64,000 bases of DNA from a bacterium (GTDB lineage: Bacteria > RBG-13-61-14 > DATKZS01), in the NCBI GenBank assembly GCA_963674965.2, contig CAXXFL010000001.1, positions 1,344,001 to 1,408,000 of the forward strand, written 5' to 3'. Shown piece after piece: positions 49,723 to 59,420 of this stretch (positions are counted from its first letter, which is position 1; each line of letters starts with the position of its first letter). Below the pieces are notes generated by a model, which was not told the origin of the DNA, made no database searches, and worked only from the letters and a program-made list of their open reading frames with translations. The position numbers and the translations under genes are program-made.

Positions 49723-50619
49723 ATGAAGATGGACCAAGCCGACGGATTGAGAGAAATGGCGACCCTGATGCAGACCAAGTTCAACCAGGTCATGAACTCG
49801 AGGGGAGAACTGCCCAGGGTTATGGCCGTGACCAGCGGCAAAGGCGGAGTGGGTAAAACCAACGTTACCGTCAACCTGGCCGTGGCCATGGGAAAACTGG
49901 GAAAACGCGTCCTCATCCTCGACGCCGACCTCAGCCTGGGCAACGTGGACGTGCTGCTCGGCCTTACCCCCAAGTACACGCTGGACGACGTCATTAACGG
50001 CGACCGACGAGTATCGGAGGTCATGGTCGAGGGACCGGACGGGGTCATGATATTGCCGGCGGCCAACGGCATCCGCGAGCTGACAACGTTGGGGGCCACT
50101 CAGCGGACGGCCCTGCTCGAGAGACTCGATCCCCTTTCCAGGGACTTCGACGTGGTCCTCCTCGATACGGCGCCCGGCATCTCGAGCAACGTTATATTCT
50201 TCGCCCTGCTCGCCGAGGAGATAACCGTGATCATTTCTCCCGAGCCTTACTCCCTTACCGACAGCTACGCCCTTATAAAGGTCCTCAGCCGGGACCACGC
50301 TCACCGCCGGTTCAGGGTCCTGGTTAACATGGCCAAATCGGCCAACGAGGGTCTTACGGTTTTCCGCAAGCTGGCGCGGGTCACGGACCAGTACCTGGAC
50401 GTCAGTATGGACTATCTTGGCTGCGTACCCCACGACGAGATGCTTACCGAGGCGGTCCTCAAGCAGGCGGCCGTGGTTGACGCCTTCCCCAGGGCGAGGT
50501 CGAGCCGCGTCTTTTCCGAGGTGGCCAGGCGCATGATCAACCATCCCTTTGGGGAGCCGCTGCTGGGCAAACTCGAGCTTTTCAGGGGGGCCGGCAACGG
50601 GGCCGTCTCGGCCGTTTGA
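49723..50619 (+). CDS. flhG: MinD-like ATPase FlhG/FleN
   Basis: DQADGLR N-terminus; SGKGGVGKT; DADL. Confidence 0.93.
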   Translation: MKMDQADGLREMATLMQTKFNQVMNSRGELPRVMAVTSGKGGVGKTNVTVNLAVAMGKLGKRVLILDADLSLGNVDVLLGLTPKYTLDDVINGDRRVSEVMVEGPDGVMILPAANGIRELTTLGATQRTALLERLDPLSRDFDVVLLDTAPGISSNVIFFALLAEEITVIISPEPYSLTDSYALIKVLSRDHAHRRFRVLVNMAKSANEGLTVFRKLARVTDQYLDVSMDYLGCVPHDEMLTEAVLKQAAVVDAFPRARSSRVFSEVARRMINHPFGEPLLGKLELFRGAGNGAVSAV

Positions 50620-50644
50620 GGAATCGATCTACAAGGAACGCGTG

Positions 50645-51397
50645 ATGATCATGAGAAACATATCGAGCGTTTACGGAGAGGCGGCCGACTCTTGCGCTGC
50701 CTCCGAGCGCGACCGGCTTATCGTTGACCACCTTTACCTTGTGAAGTTCGTGGCCCGCCGGGTCATGGACCGTCATTATCCGCCGGTGGAGCTTGACGAT
50801 TTAATCAGCGCCGGGACGTTGGGTCTTCTCGACGCGGTGGAAAAGTTCTGCCCCGAGAATGGGGTCCAGTTCTCGACCTACGCCGAGCACCGGATTCGGG
50901 GCTCGATCCTGGACTTCATCCGCAAGTGGAGCTGGGCGCCGAGAAAGGTATACAAGAAGGCCAAAGATTTCGAGAAGGCCGTCCTCGAGCTCGAGGGCGA
51001 GCTGGGCCGGGCGCCCGACGACGGCGAGATAGCCGACAAGCTGGGCATCTCCCTCGAGGAATACCACGAGGCGGTCGGCCAGTTCGCCGGCATCAAGGTG
51101 GTGCCCCTCGAGGAAACCATCGCCCCCGATCTCGGGCCGACGGCCGAATTGAATGGCGTCCCCTCACCCGACGCCCTCGAGATGATCGAGGACAAGGAAC
51201 TGAAAAGAAAACTCGCCCTGTCCATAGCGGACCTGCCCGAGAAGGAAAAAATGGTCGTGGCCCTTTATTACCAGGAAGAACTGACCTTTCGGGAAATAGC
51301 CGAGGTGCTCGAGGTCACCGAGTCCCGCGTCTGTCAGATACATTCCCAGGCGGTCATCCGGCTGCGCTCGAAAATGAGACCGTTCATCGAGTCATAG
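50645..51397 (+). CDS. fliA: Flagellar sigma factor FliA (sigma28)
   Basis: DLISAG, YAEHRIRGSILD, LYYQEELT...VTESRVCQIH. Start reassigned to ATG 50645. Confidence 0.95.
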   Translation: MIMRNISSVYGEAADSCAASERDRLIVDHLYLVKFVARRVMDRHYPPVELDDLISAGTLGLLDAVEKFCPENGVQFSTYAEHRIRGSILDFIRKWSWAPRKVYKKAKDFEKAVLELEGELGRAPDDGEIADKLGISLEEYHEAVGQFAGIKVVPLEETIAPDLGPTAELNGVPSPDALEMIEDKELKRKLALSIADLPEKEKMVVALYYQEELTFREIAEVLEVTESRVCQIHSQAVIRLRSKMRPFIES

Positions 51398-51408
51398 GGG
51401 AGAAGAAA

Positions 51409-51903
51409 ATGAACTTTGCGCTCATGCTTTTGCTTTTCACCAACCTGGCCTGGACCTTCGCGCTTACCCTCAAGTACTTGCTCGATCAGAAAAAGGGCGT
51501 GGCCGCCCTGGACGAGAAGGCCCGTGAGCTCGAGGCCCTTTCCGCTACGGTGTGCGATCTTCTCGAGGAGTCGGAGGCGGCGGCTCAGCGGCTGTCGGCC
51601 ATGCTGGACTCGAGGATGAAGGACGCCTCGAAGGCCTGCGCCGTTTTGGTCGAGGTCAATAAAAAGGCCGCGAGGAAGGCCATCCAGATCAAGACCGAGA
51701 TCGAGGAGAAGACCGAGGCCAGAAAGAAGGGCCGCTTCGCCCGGGCCCTGGACCTTGCCCGGGGCGGTAAGGACCCGGACTCGATCTCGAGCGCTTCTTG
51801 TATCACCAGGGGCGAGGCCTCGCTTATCGTTAACCTGGCCGAATACAAAAAGAGGATGGGAGATAATTGCCCCTTCGTGCAAAAGGTTCCCACCCCGGAA
51901 TGA
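51409..51903 (+). CDS. Membrane-anchored coiled-coil protein after fliA (DUF2802-like)
   Basis: N-terminal TM, coiled coil, C-terminal ALDLARGG...ITRGEASLI HTH-like motif; GGGGAG RBS. Confidence 0.65.
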   Translation: MNFALMLLLFTNLAWTFALTLKYLLDQKKGVAALDEKARELEALSATVCDLLEESEAAAQRLSAMLDSRMKDASKACAVLVEVNKKAARKAIQIKTEIEEKTEARKKGRFARALDLARGGKDPDSISSASCITRGEASLIVNLAEYKKRMGDNCPFVQKVPTPE

Positions 51904-51986
51904 GCGGGTGAGGTTGGACACTTTCTTTTATCGTCACATAAGGCTGAAAACTTTAGGAAAAATATTTTCGATTAAAAAGACCCTCC

Positions 51987-52002
51987 CGGCACGCGGGTTG
52001 CT
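51987..52002 (+). promoter_or_regulatory. sigma54 promoter upstream of flgF
   Basis: CGGCAC-GCGGG-TTGCT with correct -24/-12 spacing; AT-rich region upstream. Confidence 0.8.
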
Positions 52003-52027
52003 TTTAAAAAAGACGAGGTAATAAGAA

Positions 52028-52753
52028 ATGGACAAATCGATATATGGAGCATTATCCGGGGCCATGGCGCAAGAGAAAAGGTTGTACGTGATTACCAACA
52101 ACCTTTCCAACCAGGACACGCCGGGCTTCAAGGCCGAGCGTCCCTGCTTTTCCTCTGTCCTTACCGATGAGGTGGTTGGATCGAGCGCCCGGACTCCCGA
52201 CGAGGACTTGGTTTTCGGGGCCATCTCGGCCACGAAGACGGACTTCTCGCAAGGGTCTGCCAAGTATACAGGAAGGAGGACCGACATTTGCCTTAACGGC
52301 CCTGGGTTCCTCGTGGTGGACGCTCCGGACGGAGAGCGCTACACCCGTGCGGGTAACTTAAGGCTCGACGCCTCGGGAACGCTGGTCACGCCCGACGGTT
52401 ATAACGTCAAGGGAGAGTCCGGCGAGATAAGGCTTTTCGAGGGCCCCTTCAATATCGCCCCCGACGGGACGGTCAGCCAGGGCGGCGCGGTTGTGGACAC
52501 GATCAAGATGGTCGAGTTCGAGGACAATGACAAGTTGAAAAAGGAAGGCAAAAACCTTTTCAACGGTGACGAGGCGGGCCTGAAGGACGCCGAGAACACC
52601 TATATCATGCAGGAATACGTCGAGTCATCCAACGTGGACCCGGTCAGGTCCCTGGTCGAGATGATAAGCGCCAACCGCGGTTTCCAGGTTATACAGAAGG
52701 GGATCAAGGACTCTTACGAGGTCTCCCGCAAGGTGGCCAACTTTGGCATATAA
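52028..52753 (+). CDS. flgF: Flagellar basal-body rod protein FlgF
   Basis: NNLSNQDTPGFK, YTRAG, ESSNVD motifs; position before flgG. Confidence 0.9.
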   Translation: MDKSIYGALSGAMAQEKRLYVITNNLSNQDTPGFKAERPCFSSVLTDEVVGSSARTPDEDLVFGAISATKTDFSQGSAKYTGRRTDICLNGPGFLVVDAPDGERYTRAGNLRLDASGTLVTPDGYNVKGESGEIRLFEGPFNIAPDGTVSQGGAVVDTIKMVEFEDNDKLKKEGKNLFNGDEAGLKDAENTYIMQEYVESSNVDPVRSLVEMISANRGFQVIQKGIKDSYEVSRKVANFGI

Positions 52754-52781
52754 AATAAATCAGGTCATCATGGAGGATTGA

Positions 52782-53567
52782 ATGATACCGGCTCTATACA
52801 TAGCGGCAAGCGGAATGAACGCCCAACAGATCAAGATCGACAACGTGGCCAACAACCTGGCCAACGTCAGCACCACGGGCTTCAAGAAATCCAGGTCCAC
52901 CTTCGAGGACCTAATGTACCATCAGGTCCGGGCGCCGGGCGCCAGCTCGTCCTCGGAAACCACCGTGCCCACGGGAGTGCAAATCGGACACGGAGTCAAA
53001 ACCGCCGCGGTGGACAAGATTTTCTCGCAAGGCGACCTGCAGCAGACCGGGAACATGCTCGACCTGTCCATCGAGGGCGACGGCTTCTTCCAGGTGCTCC
53101 GGCCCACCGGGGAGGTGGCATATACCCGCGCCGGGTCCTTCCGGCTCGACCGGGACGGACGAGTGGTCAACGTGGATGGCATGTCCCTCCAGCCCGAGAT
53201 CACCATCCCGCCCGATACGGTCTCCATGACCATCGGCGAGGACGGAACGGTCACGGTTCTGCAGGCGGGCCAGACCAACGCCACTCAGGTGGGCCAGATC
53301 GAGCTGGTAAATTTCATCAATCCCTCAGGACTCCTGGCGGTGGGCCAAAACCTCTTTTTGCCCACCGACGCCTCGGGAGACCCCGTGACGGGCACGGCGG
53401 GAGAGAACGGTCTGGGCAGGGTCCTTCAGGGTTTCCTCGAGAACTCGAACGTGGACGTGGCCGAAGAACTGATCAATATGATCATGGCCCAGCGCGCATA
53501 CGAGGTCAACTCGAGAGCCATTCAGGCCGCCGACGACATGCTTCAAACCGTGAGCCAAATGGTTTAA
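52782..53567 (+). CDS. flgG: Flagellar distal rod protein FlgG
   Basis: ANNLANVSTTGFKK, FEDLMY, QRAYEVNS motifs. Confidence 0.96.
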   Translation: MIPALYIAASGMNAQQIKIDNVANNLANVSTTGFKKSRSTFEDLMYHQVRAPGASSSSETTVPTGVQIGHGVKTAAVDKIFSQGDLQQTGNMLDLSIEGDGFFQVLRPTGEVAYTRAGSFRLDRDGRVVNVDGMSLQPEITIPPDTVSMTIGEDGTVTVLQAGQTNATQVGQIELVNFINPSGLLAVGQNLFLPTDASGDPVTGTAGENGLGRVLQGFLENSNVDVAEELINMIMAQRAYEVNSRAIQAADDMLQTVSQMV

Positions 53568-53568
53568 G

Positions 53569-54327
53569 GTGTTAAAAATGAAGGGATTAAATTGCATTAT
53601 TAAAAAAGCCGCCGCCGGGGCTATCCCGCTCGTCGCCCTGGCCGTCCTAGCGGGAGCGCCGGGAAAGCTCGGGGCGGGCCAGTGCGCAAGTTATATAAGC
53701 GCCGGGCAGATAGTCCAGTTCGCCCGCCAGGCGGTGTTGGAGGAAATCTCCCGGAACGCCCGGGGCACGGCGGGCTGGAACGTGCAGTCTTCCTACCGGG
53801 GAGACCTTTGCCTTCCCCAGGCTAACCTTACTTATAACGCGGCCTGCCCGGCGGGCGTCAAGCTGCCCGGAAGCATGACGGTGAGAGTGGACATTTACTC
53901 CAATCATGTTCTGGTCAAGTCGATATGGGTACCCATGTCGGTGACCATGACGGCCTCGGCTCCCGTGGCCACGCGCAACATGAGCAGGGGAGACATAATT
54001 AACGGTGGAGACGTTACTTTTCAAAATAGGGGCTTTACGAGCGCTTCCGATATGTCCTTCCCCAGCCGGGTCGATGGGATGAGGCTGAAAAGGAGCGTCA
54101 GGGCGGGACAGGTAATCACCGCCTCCATGCTCGAAAAAGCGTCCGTGGTCGAGAGAAACAAGAGCGTCACCCTGGTGGCCAACGGCCCGGGCATAAGCGT
54201 TTCCTGCCCCGGCAAAGCCTTGCAAGACGGAGCACCGGGCGACCGGATCAGGGTAAAAAACGAGTCGTCGGGCCGGATCGTGGACGGCATAGTCAACGAG
54301 AACGGCGAGGTCGAGGTCGATTTTTAA
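53569..54327 (+). CDS. flgA: P-ring assembly chaperone FlgA
   Basis: Signal peptide, SAF domain, GKALQDG...IRVKNESSGR. Confidence 0.9.
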   Translation: MLKMKGLNCIIKKAAAGAIPLVALAVLAGAPGKLGAGQCASYISAGQIVQFARQAVLEEISRNARGTAGWNVQSSYRGDLCLPQANLTYNAACPAGVKLPGSMTVRVDIYSNHVLVKSIWVPMSVTMTASAPVATRNMSRGDIINGGDVTFQNRGFTSASDMSFPSRVDGMRLKRSVRAGQVITASMLEKASVVERNKSVTLVANGPGISVSCPGKALQDGAPGDRIRVKNESSGRIVDGIVNENGEVEVDF

Positions 54328-54339
54328 TGGAGATTTAAA

Positions 54340-55044
54340 ATGATGTATTTCGGTTCTTTAGCTAAAAATTCCATTCCCGCTATCTTTATATTTTTCCTTT
54401 ACTCGTGCGCGGCCATGGGACCAAAGGAGACGCAGAAAAGATACGCGCCCATAACGCCGCCCAAGGAGCCGGTCGTAAGTGAAAAAGGATCGCTCTGGGA
54501 CGACGGGGCTCCCGGCAGGCCGCTTATCCTTTCGAACCGGGCCCGGGGCAGGGGAGACCTGGTCACGGTCGTCGTAAGCGAAAACGCCAGCGCCTTTAAC
54601 GAGGCCAGCACCGAGGTCGAGAGGGACGGAGATTACGACGCGAACGTGAAGGCCCTGCTCGGGTTCGGACGGGAAATCGTGGCCCATAACCCCAACTTCA
54701 GCCAGGAAACCACCATCGACGCCGCCAGCTCGAGCAGCTATAAAGGCGGCGGCAAGACCACGCGTCAAAACAAGCTGACCGCCAAGGTTACGGCCACCAT
54801 CGTCGAGGTGTCCCCCGAGGGCAACTTCTATATCGAGGGAAAACACGAGGTCGTGGTCAACGGCGAGAAACAGACGGTCCAGATCAGCGGCATCATCAGG
54901 CCCGAGGATATAAAGGCCGACAATTCGGTCATGTCATCGGACGTGGCCGAGGCCAAGGTGGTCTACAACGGCAAAGGCCTGGTGGCGGAAAAACAAAACC
55001 AGGGCTGGCTGGCCAGGATTCTGGACGTCGTGTGGCCCATGTAA
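54340..55044 (+). CDS. flgH: Flagellar L-ring lipoprotein FlgH
   Basis: Lipobox-like LYSC; GDLVTV; SGIIRPEDI; GWL...WPM end. Confidence 0.95.
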   Translation: MMYFGSLAKNSIPAIFIFFLYSCAAMGPKETQKRYAPITPPKEPVVSEKGSLWDDGAPGRPLILSNRARGRGDLVTVVVSENASAFNEASTEVERDGDYDANVKALLGFGREIVAHNPNFSQETTIDAASSSSYKGGGKTTRQNKLTAKVTATIVEVSPEGNFYIEGKHEVVVNGEKQTVQISGIIRPEDIKADNSVMSSDVAEAKVVYNGKGLVAEKQNQGWLARILDVVWPM

Positions 55045-55075
55045 CTTTCGGGACCGAAAAAAAAGGAACGGAAAA

Positions 55076-56221
55076 ATGCGAGGGAAACGCCATAACCAGA
55101 CCGGACGGACCATGAGAGCCCGACCGAAAGTCTTTTTCCTTTTCGCTCTAGGGGCGGTCTGGATAATTTTGGCCGGTCCGGCCTCCGGGGCCCGGATCAA
55201 GGACATAGCCTCTTTCCAGGGGGTACGGAGTAACCCTATTATAGGTTACGGTTTGGTAGTTGGCCTTGAGGGTACCGGAGATTCACCGCAATCGGTGTTC
55301 ACCAACCATTCCATCGCCGCCGTACTCGATAAACTCGGAGTCGGAGTCGAGCAGTCCGTCAGGTCAAGAAACGTGGCCGCCGTCATGGTTACCTCGGAAC
55401 TACCCGAATTTCCCAGGCAGGGACAGCGCTTCGACGTGACCGTTTCATCCATGGGCGACGCCAAGAGCCTGCAGGGAGGGACCCTCGTGCTCACGCCGCT
55501 TCGGGCGGTAAACGGCGAGATTTACGCCCTGGCCCAGGGTCCCGTCTCGATCGGCGGATTCAGCGCCGGCGCCAGCGGGTCCAAGGTGGCCAAGAACCAT
55601 CAGACGGTGGGACGAGTGGTTAGAGGGGCCGTAGTCGAGAAAGAGATAAACTACGAGTTCGAGTCCTCGGAGGAGTTGGTACTCATTCTGGACGATCCGG
55701 ATTTTACCACGGCCCTGTCCATCGAGCGCGAGATCAACCGGACCCTGGGCAGGGGCACGGCCCACGCCGCCGACCCGGGCACGGTACGGATCGAGGTCGG
55801 CAACAAGATGCGCTCGAAGCTGGTCCGTTACGTGGCGGCCATCGAGAACCTGGACGTTCCGGTGGACGGCAAGGCCCGGGTAATCCTGAACGAGAGAACG
55901 GGCACGGTGGTAATCGGGGCCGACGTCAAAATTCTGCCGGTTGCCATATCACACGGCGGGCTTAAAATCCAAATCAAGCAGACCAACCAGATCAGTCAGC
56001 CCCTTCCATTTTCTCCTCGCGGCCAGACGGTGGTGGTACCGGAGGCCGAGGTATCGGTGGAGGAGGAAACGAGGAACCTGGTGGTACTTGAACAAAATGC
56101 CACGGTAGATCAGTTGGTTAGCGCGCTAAATGCGCTTGGCGTTTCACCTCGGGACCTGGTTGCCATCTTCCAGGCCCTTAAGGCCGCGGGCGCTCTCCAG
56201 GCGGAGATACAGATTATCTAG
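55076..56221 (+). CDS. flgI: Flagellar P-ring protein FlgI
   Basis: ARIKD, GYGLVVGL.GTGD, NERTGT, AGALQA motifs. Start may be ATG 55112. Confidence 0.97.
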   Translation: MRGKRHNQTGRTMRARPKVFFLFALGAVWIILAGPASGARIKDIASFQGVRSNPIIGYGLVVGLEGTGDSPQSVFTNHSIAAVLDKLGVGVEQSVRSRNVAAVMVTSELPEFPRQGQRFDVTVSSMGDAKSLQGGTLVLTPLRAVNGEIYALAQGPVSIGGFSAGASGSKVAKNHQTVGRVVRGAVVEKEINYEFESSEELVLILDDPDFTTALSIEREINRTLGRGTAHAADPGTVRIEVGNKMRSKLVRYVAAIENLDVPVDGKARVILNERTGTVVIGADVKILPVAISHGGLKIQIKQTNQISQPLPFSPRGQTVVVPEAEVSVEEETRNLVVLEQNATVDQLVSALNALGVSPRDLVAIFQALKAAGALQAEIQII

Positions 56222-56246
56222 ACAAAAGGGAAAGCTTTTTAATACG

Positions 56247-56262
56247 AGGCATGAAGATTGCT
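56247..56262 (+). promoter_or_regulatory. sigma54 promoter upstream of flgJ
   Basis: AGGCAT-GAAGA-TTGCT with correct spacing. Confidence 0.65.
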
Positions 56263-56294
56263 CGAAGATTATTGAGGATAGGAGAGGTAATAAG

Positions 56295-57140
56295 ATGAAC
56301 GGCATATTTGTCAATCCTTACGAGAAGAACATAGACATAGAGGAAATCCGTCGGGCCGGCCAGATTGGAGACTCGGCCAAGCTGGAGAAGGCTTCCAAAT
56401 CCTTTGAGGCCGTCATGCTCTCGACCATGCTTGAGGAAATGCGAAAGACCATCCCCAAAATGGACCTTGACGAATCCAACCCCGGCATGGACTTGTACCA
56501 GGCCATGCTCTACCAGATGATCGCCGAAAAATGGGCCGGGTCCTCGGACCTCGGCATTGCCGATCTGGTCGAGAAACAAAACGGAAAATCCAACGATGAA
56601 GCCAAGTTAAGCGTGGCTTCTCTTACGAGCGAGACGGGTGGTTCACCCAATATTGAAAGGCTGAAAGATCTTTCGGAAAGATATCATAAATCCAATCCAG
56701 GAGCCGCTTCGGCCACGAGCCTGGCCTCGAACGGAGTGTACCAGGCCCCGGCCAAGGAGGAGGAACTAAAGGATTTGCCCGAGCGTGTCGATAAGAGGTT
56801 CATGACGAACAAGGAGTACATGCATTCGGTATTCGTTGACTTGACCGCCGGCATATGGGTCAATAAACTGCCCGAGCCGCCCGAGTTCCACAACGCTCCT
56901 TCCGACCTGGCGGAGCAAATGGACAGCATCTCGGCGGAAAATCCCATGACCGCCGCGGGTGATTTCGAGTTCAACGGATTCGATGAATATGAAAAATACT
57001 CCAAGGTGCCGGGAATATTTTCCAAGGACGAGGAAAAATTCTCCTTGAAATCTCTTTTCAAGGGACAGGATAAAGACAATGAAATCTTTGGGGAAGCGCA
57101 AAAATATTCTAAAGTTCCCGGAATTTGGTCCGATAAGTAA
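56295..57140 (+). CDS. flgJ: FlgJ-like rod-binding protein with an unrecognised C-terminal region
   Basis: LEKASKSFEAVMLSTMLEEMRKT...LGIADLV rod-binding domain. ATG 56295 has a GAGG RBS. Confidence 0.8.
   Translation: MNGIFVNPYEKNIDIEEIRRAGQIGDSAKLEKASKSFEAVMLSTMLEEMRKTIPKMDLDESNPGMDLYQAMLYQMIAEKWAGSSDLGIADLVEKQNGKSNDEAKLSVASLTSETGGSPNIERLKDLSERYHKSNPGAASATSLASNGVYQAPAKEEELKDLPERVDKRFMTNKEYMHSVFVDLTAGIWVNKLPEPPEFHNAPSDLAEQMDSISAENPMTAAGDFEFNGFDEYEKYSKVPGIFSKDEEKFSLKSLFKGQDKDNEIFGEAQKYSKVPGIWSDK
57110..57136 (+). promoter_or_regulatory. sigma28 (FliA) promoter for flgM, inside the 3' end of flgJ
   Basis: TAAA-15 nt-TCCGATAA (consensus TAAA-N15-GCCGATAA). Confidence 0.8.
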
Positions 57141-57170
57141 GATGACGCGACAATCCGAAAGGAGTTAGTC

Positions 57171-57479
57171 ATGAAAGTAAATGGAAAAATATTCACTGAA
57201 AACGATCCTTTAAGAAGCTTGCAAAGCGCCAAGGAAAAGGCCGCTAAAAGCGATAAGACCGGACAGGGCTCGGTCGTGGGCGGTGGCGACAAAATCGCCA
57301 TCTCCAGTTCGGTCCGTCAGGTTGACGATTTGGCGGCGGCCGCGGCCAATACCCCGGAGATCAGGCAGGCCAAAGTGGCCGAGGTCAAGGAAAAGATAGC
57401 GAGCGGCAATTTCAAGATCGATTACGATCTGTTGGCTGAGCGGATGCTGGGCGTGATCAAGGAAATGGGCGGCGAGTAA
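57171..57479 (+). CDS. flgM: Anti-sigma28 factor FlgM
   Basis: DKIAIS...IRQAKVAEVKEKIASGNF...LAERML. Confidence 0.92.
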   Translation: MKVNGKIFTENDPLRSLQSAKEKAAKSDKTGQGSVVGGGDKIAISSSVRQVDDLAAAAANTPEIRQAKVAEVKEKIASGNFKIDYDLLAERMLGVIKEMGGE

Positions 57480-57491
57480 GCGGAGCATACT

Positions 57492-57998
57492 TTGAACGAA
57501 GCGGCTTTACATACGGACGCTCTACGCTCGGAGCTAAACGAGGAAGTGGAGGCACTCAAGGAATTAACGTTAGTCCTTCAGGCCGAGCAGACCGCTTTGG
57601 TCGAGCTTGACCTGGAGGCGATCGAAGGGCTTGCAACCAAGAAGGAGGAGCTTGTCGGGCGTCTCGCGGCGCTCACCCTTGCCCGCAAAAACGTGATGGA
57701 TCAATTAAAGGCCACTCATCCGGCGCTTTCATCCATGGCGGCCGATCCATCACCGGGCGAACTGGCGCGCGCCCTTGGCGAGGATGACCTTACCGACTCC
57801 CTTCGCAAAATCAAATCTCTGGCCGTCTCGATCGGCGAGTTGAACTCGATTAACCGGTCTCTCGTATCCGGGTCTCTTGTCCACTTGAGGCAGGCCATGA
57901 GCATATTGGGAATTTCCTCGTCCCCCGGCCTGTACAACATGCGCGGTGGAATTGACGAGTCGGGCGGGACGGGCGTTATGGTCAGGGAAACTATTTAG
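57492..57998 (+). CDS. flgN: Export chaperone FlgN
   Basis: Helical protein with EQTAL and ELNSINRSL motifs; lies between flgM and flgK. Confidence 0.85.
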   Translation: MNEAALHTDALRSELNEEVEALKELTLVLQAEQTALVELDLEAIEGLATKKEELVGRLAALTLARKNVMDQLKATHPALSSMAADPSPGELARALGEDDLTDSLRKIKSLAVSIGELNSINRSLVSGSLVHLRQAMSILGISSSPGLYNMRGGIDESGGTGVMVRETI

Positions 57999-58009
57999 GA
58001 GAGGTTGCC

Positions 58010-59407
58010 ATGTCCGGTATTTTCGAGGTCCTGCACATAGCCCATACCGGGCTTTCGGCCCAGCAGCTTGGACTGCAGGTCACGGGCAACAATATAGCCA
58101 ACGTGAACACGCCCGGCTACGCCCGGCAGCGGGTCATTCTTTCTCCCGCTCCCATCGCGGGGAACGAGGAGGGGTCCCACGGCACGGGCGTCAGGATCGA
58201 CGGAGTCGAGCGCTTTTACAGCCGCTACCTGGACATTCAAGTGGTCCAGCAAAAACAGGCCATGGGAGAGATGGACGCCAGGAACGAGATCATGGGCCAG
58301 ATCGAGCCGCTTTTCACGGACCTGGACGACGGCGGCCTGGCCAACGACGTCTCGGCCCTTTTCAACTCTTTCCGCGAGTTGGCGGCCCATCCCACCGGGA
58401 CGGCCGAGCGCCAGGCGGTGATCGGGGCGGCCGAGTCGGTGGCTGAGAACTTCAACTCGATCGTGGCCACGGCCCAGGACATCCGGGAGACCATGAAGAA
58501 CCAGATCAAGGACATGGTTTCCGAGATCAATTCCCTTGGCGCCCAGTTGGCCGAGATCAACAAGGCCATGGCCATCCAGGAGGCCCAGGGCGGCAACGTT
58601 CTTTCTTTAATGGACCAGAGGCAGTCAACCCTCGAGGAACTCTCCGAGCTGGTCGAGATCAATCCACTCGACATCAGCGGCGACACCTCGAAGATACTCA
58701 TCGCGGGCGAGCACCCGCTGGTTGACGGGGGAAACTTCTATCCGATTTCGTGGAGCATCGACTCGACGGACCCGGAGAATATAATCATCCGTGACTCGAC
58801 GGGGGCCGACGTTTCCGCCGAGATAGACTCGGGCCGGATGGGCGGTACCCTGGACATTTACCAGAACTACCTGCCCTCTTACATGGCCGACCTCGATCAG
58901 CTGGCCTATACCCTGACCACGGAGATCAACGCCGTGCATCGCGCCGGTTACGGACTGGACGGCGGGACCGGTCGGGGCCTCTTCGTCGAGCCGGTGACCG
59001 TGGACGGGGCCGCGGGCATGATGGCGATTGACCCGGCCGTTTCGGGGAATACCGACGCCATCGCCGCCGCTATTGACGCCGCCGACCTGCCGGGAGGAAA
59101 CGGCAACGCCGCTCTTTTAGCCGAGGTTCAGAACAACCGCTACTTCGCGGGTGGGACCCTGACCATCGAGGACTACTACACGGACATAACCTCGAGGGTC
59201 GGCATCGACGCCAGGTCGGCCGAGCTGGGAGTCGACCGCCAGGAGAGGATGCTCGAGGAAAGCATCAATTTCAGGGAGCAGGCCTCGGGCGTGTCCATCG
59301 ACGAGGAAGCCATCAACCTCATGCGATATCAGAGGGCTTACGAGGCCTCGGCCAGGGTGGTCTCGGCCGCCGACGAGCTTCTCCAGGCCCTCCTCAACAT
59401 GGTCTAA
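58010..59407 (+). CDS. flgK: Hook-associated protein FlgK
   Basis: NNIANVNTPGYARQ; SGVSIDEE...YQRAYEASA. Confidence 0.96.
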   Translation: MSGIFEVLHIAHTGLSAQQLGLQVTGNNIANVNTPGYARQRVILSPAPIAGNEEGSHGTGVRIDGVERFYSRYLDIQVVQQKQAMGEMDARNEIMGQIEPLFTDLDDGGLANDVSALFNSFRELAAHPTGTAERQAVIGAAESVAENFNSIVATAQDIRETMKNQIKDMVSEINSLGAQLAEINKAMAIQEAQGGNVLSLMDQRQSTLEELSELVEINPLDISGDTSKILIAGEHPLVDGGNFYPISWSIDSTDPENIIIRDSTGADVSAEIDSGRMGGTLDIYQNYLPSYMADLDQLAYTLTTEINAVHRAGYGLDGGTGRGLFVEPVTVDGAAGMMAIDPAVSGNTDAIAAAIDAADLPGGNGNAALLAEVQNNRYFAGGTLTIEDYYTDITSRVGIDARSAELGVDRQERMLEESINFREQASGVSIDEEAINLMRYQRAYEASARVVSAADELLQALLNMV

Positions 59408-59420
59408 AAGGAGTCAAAAA

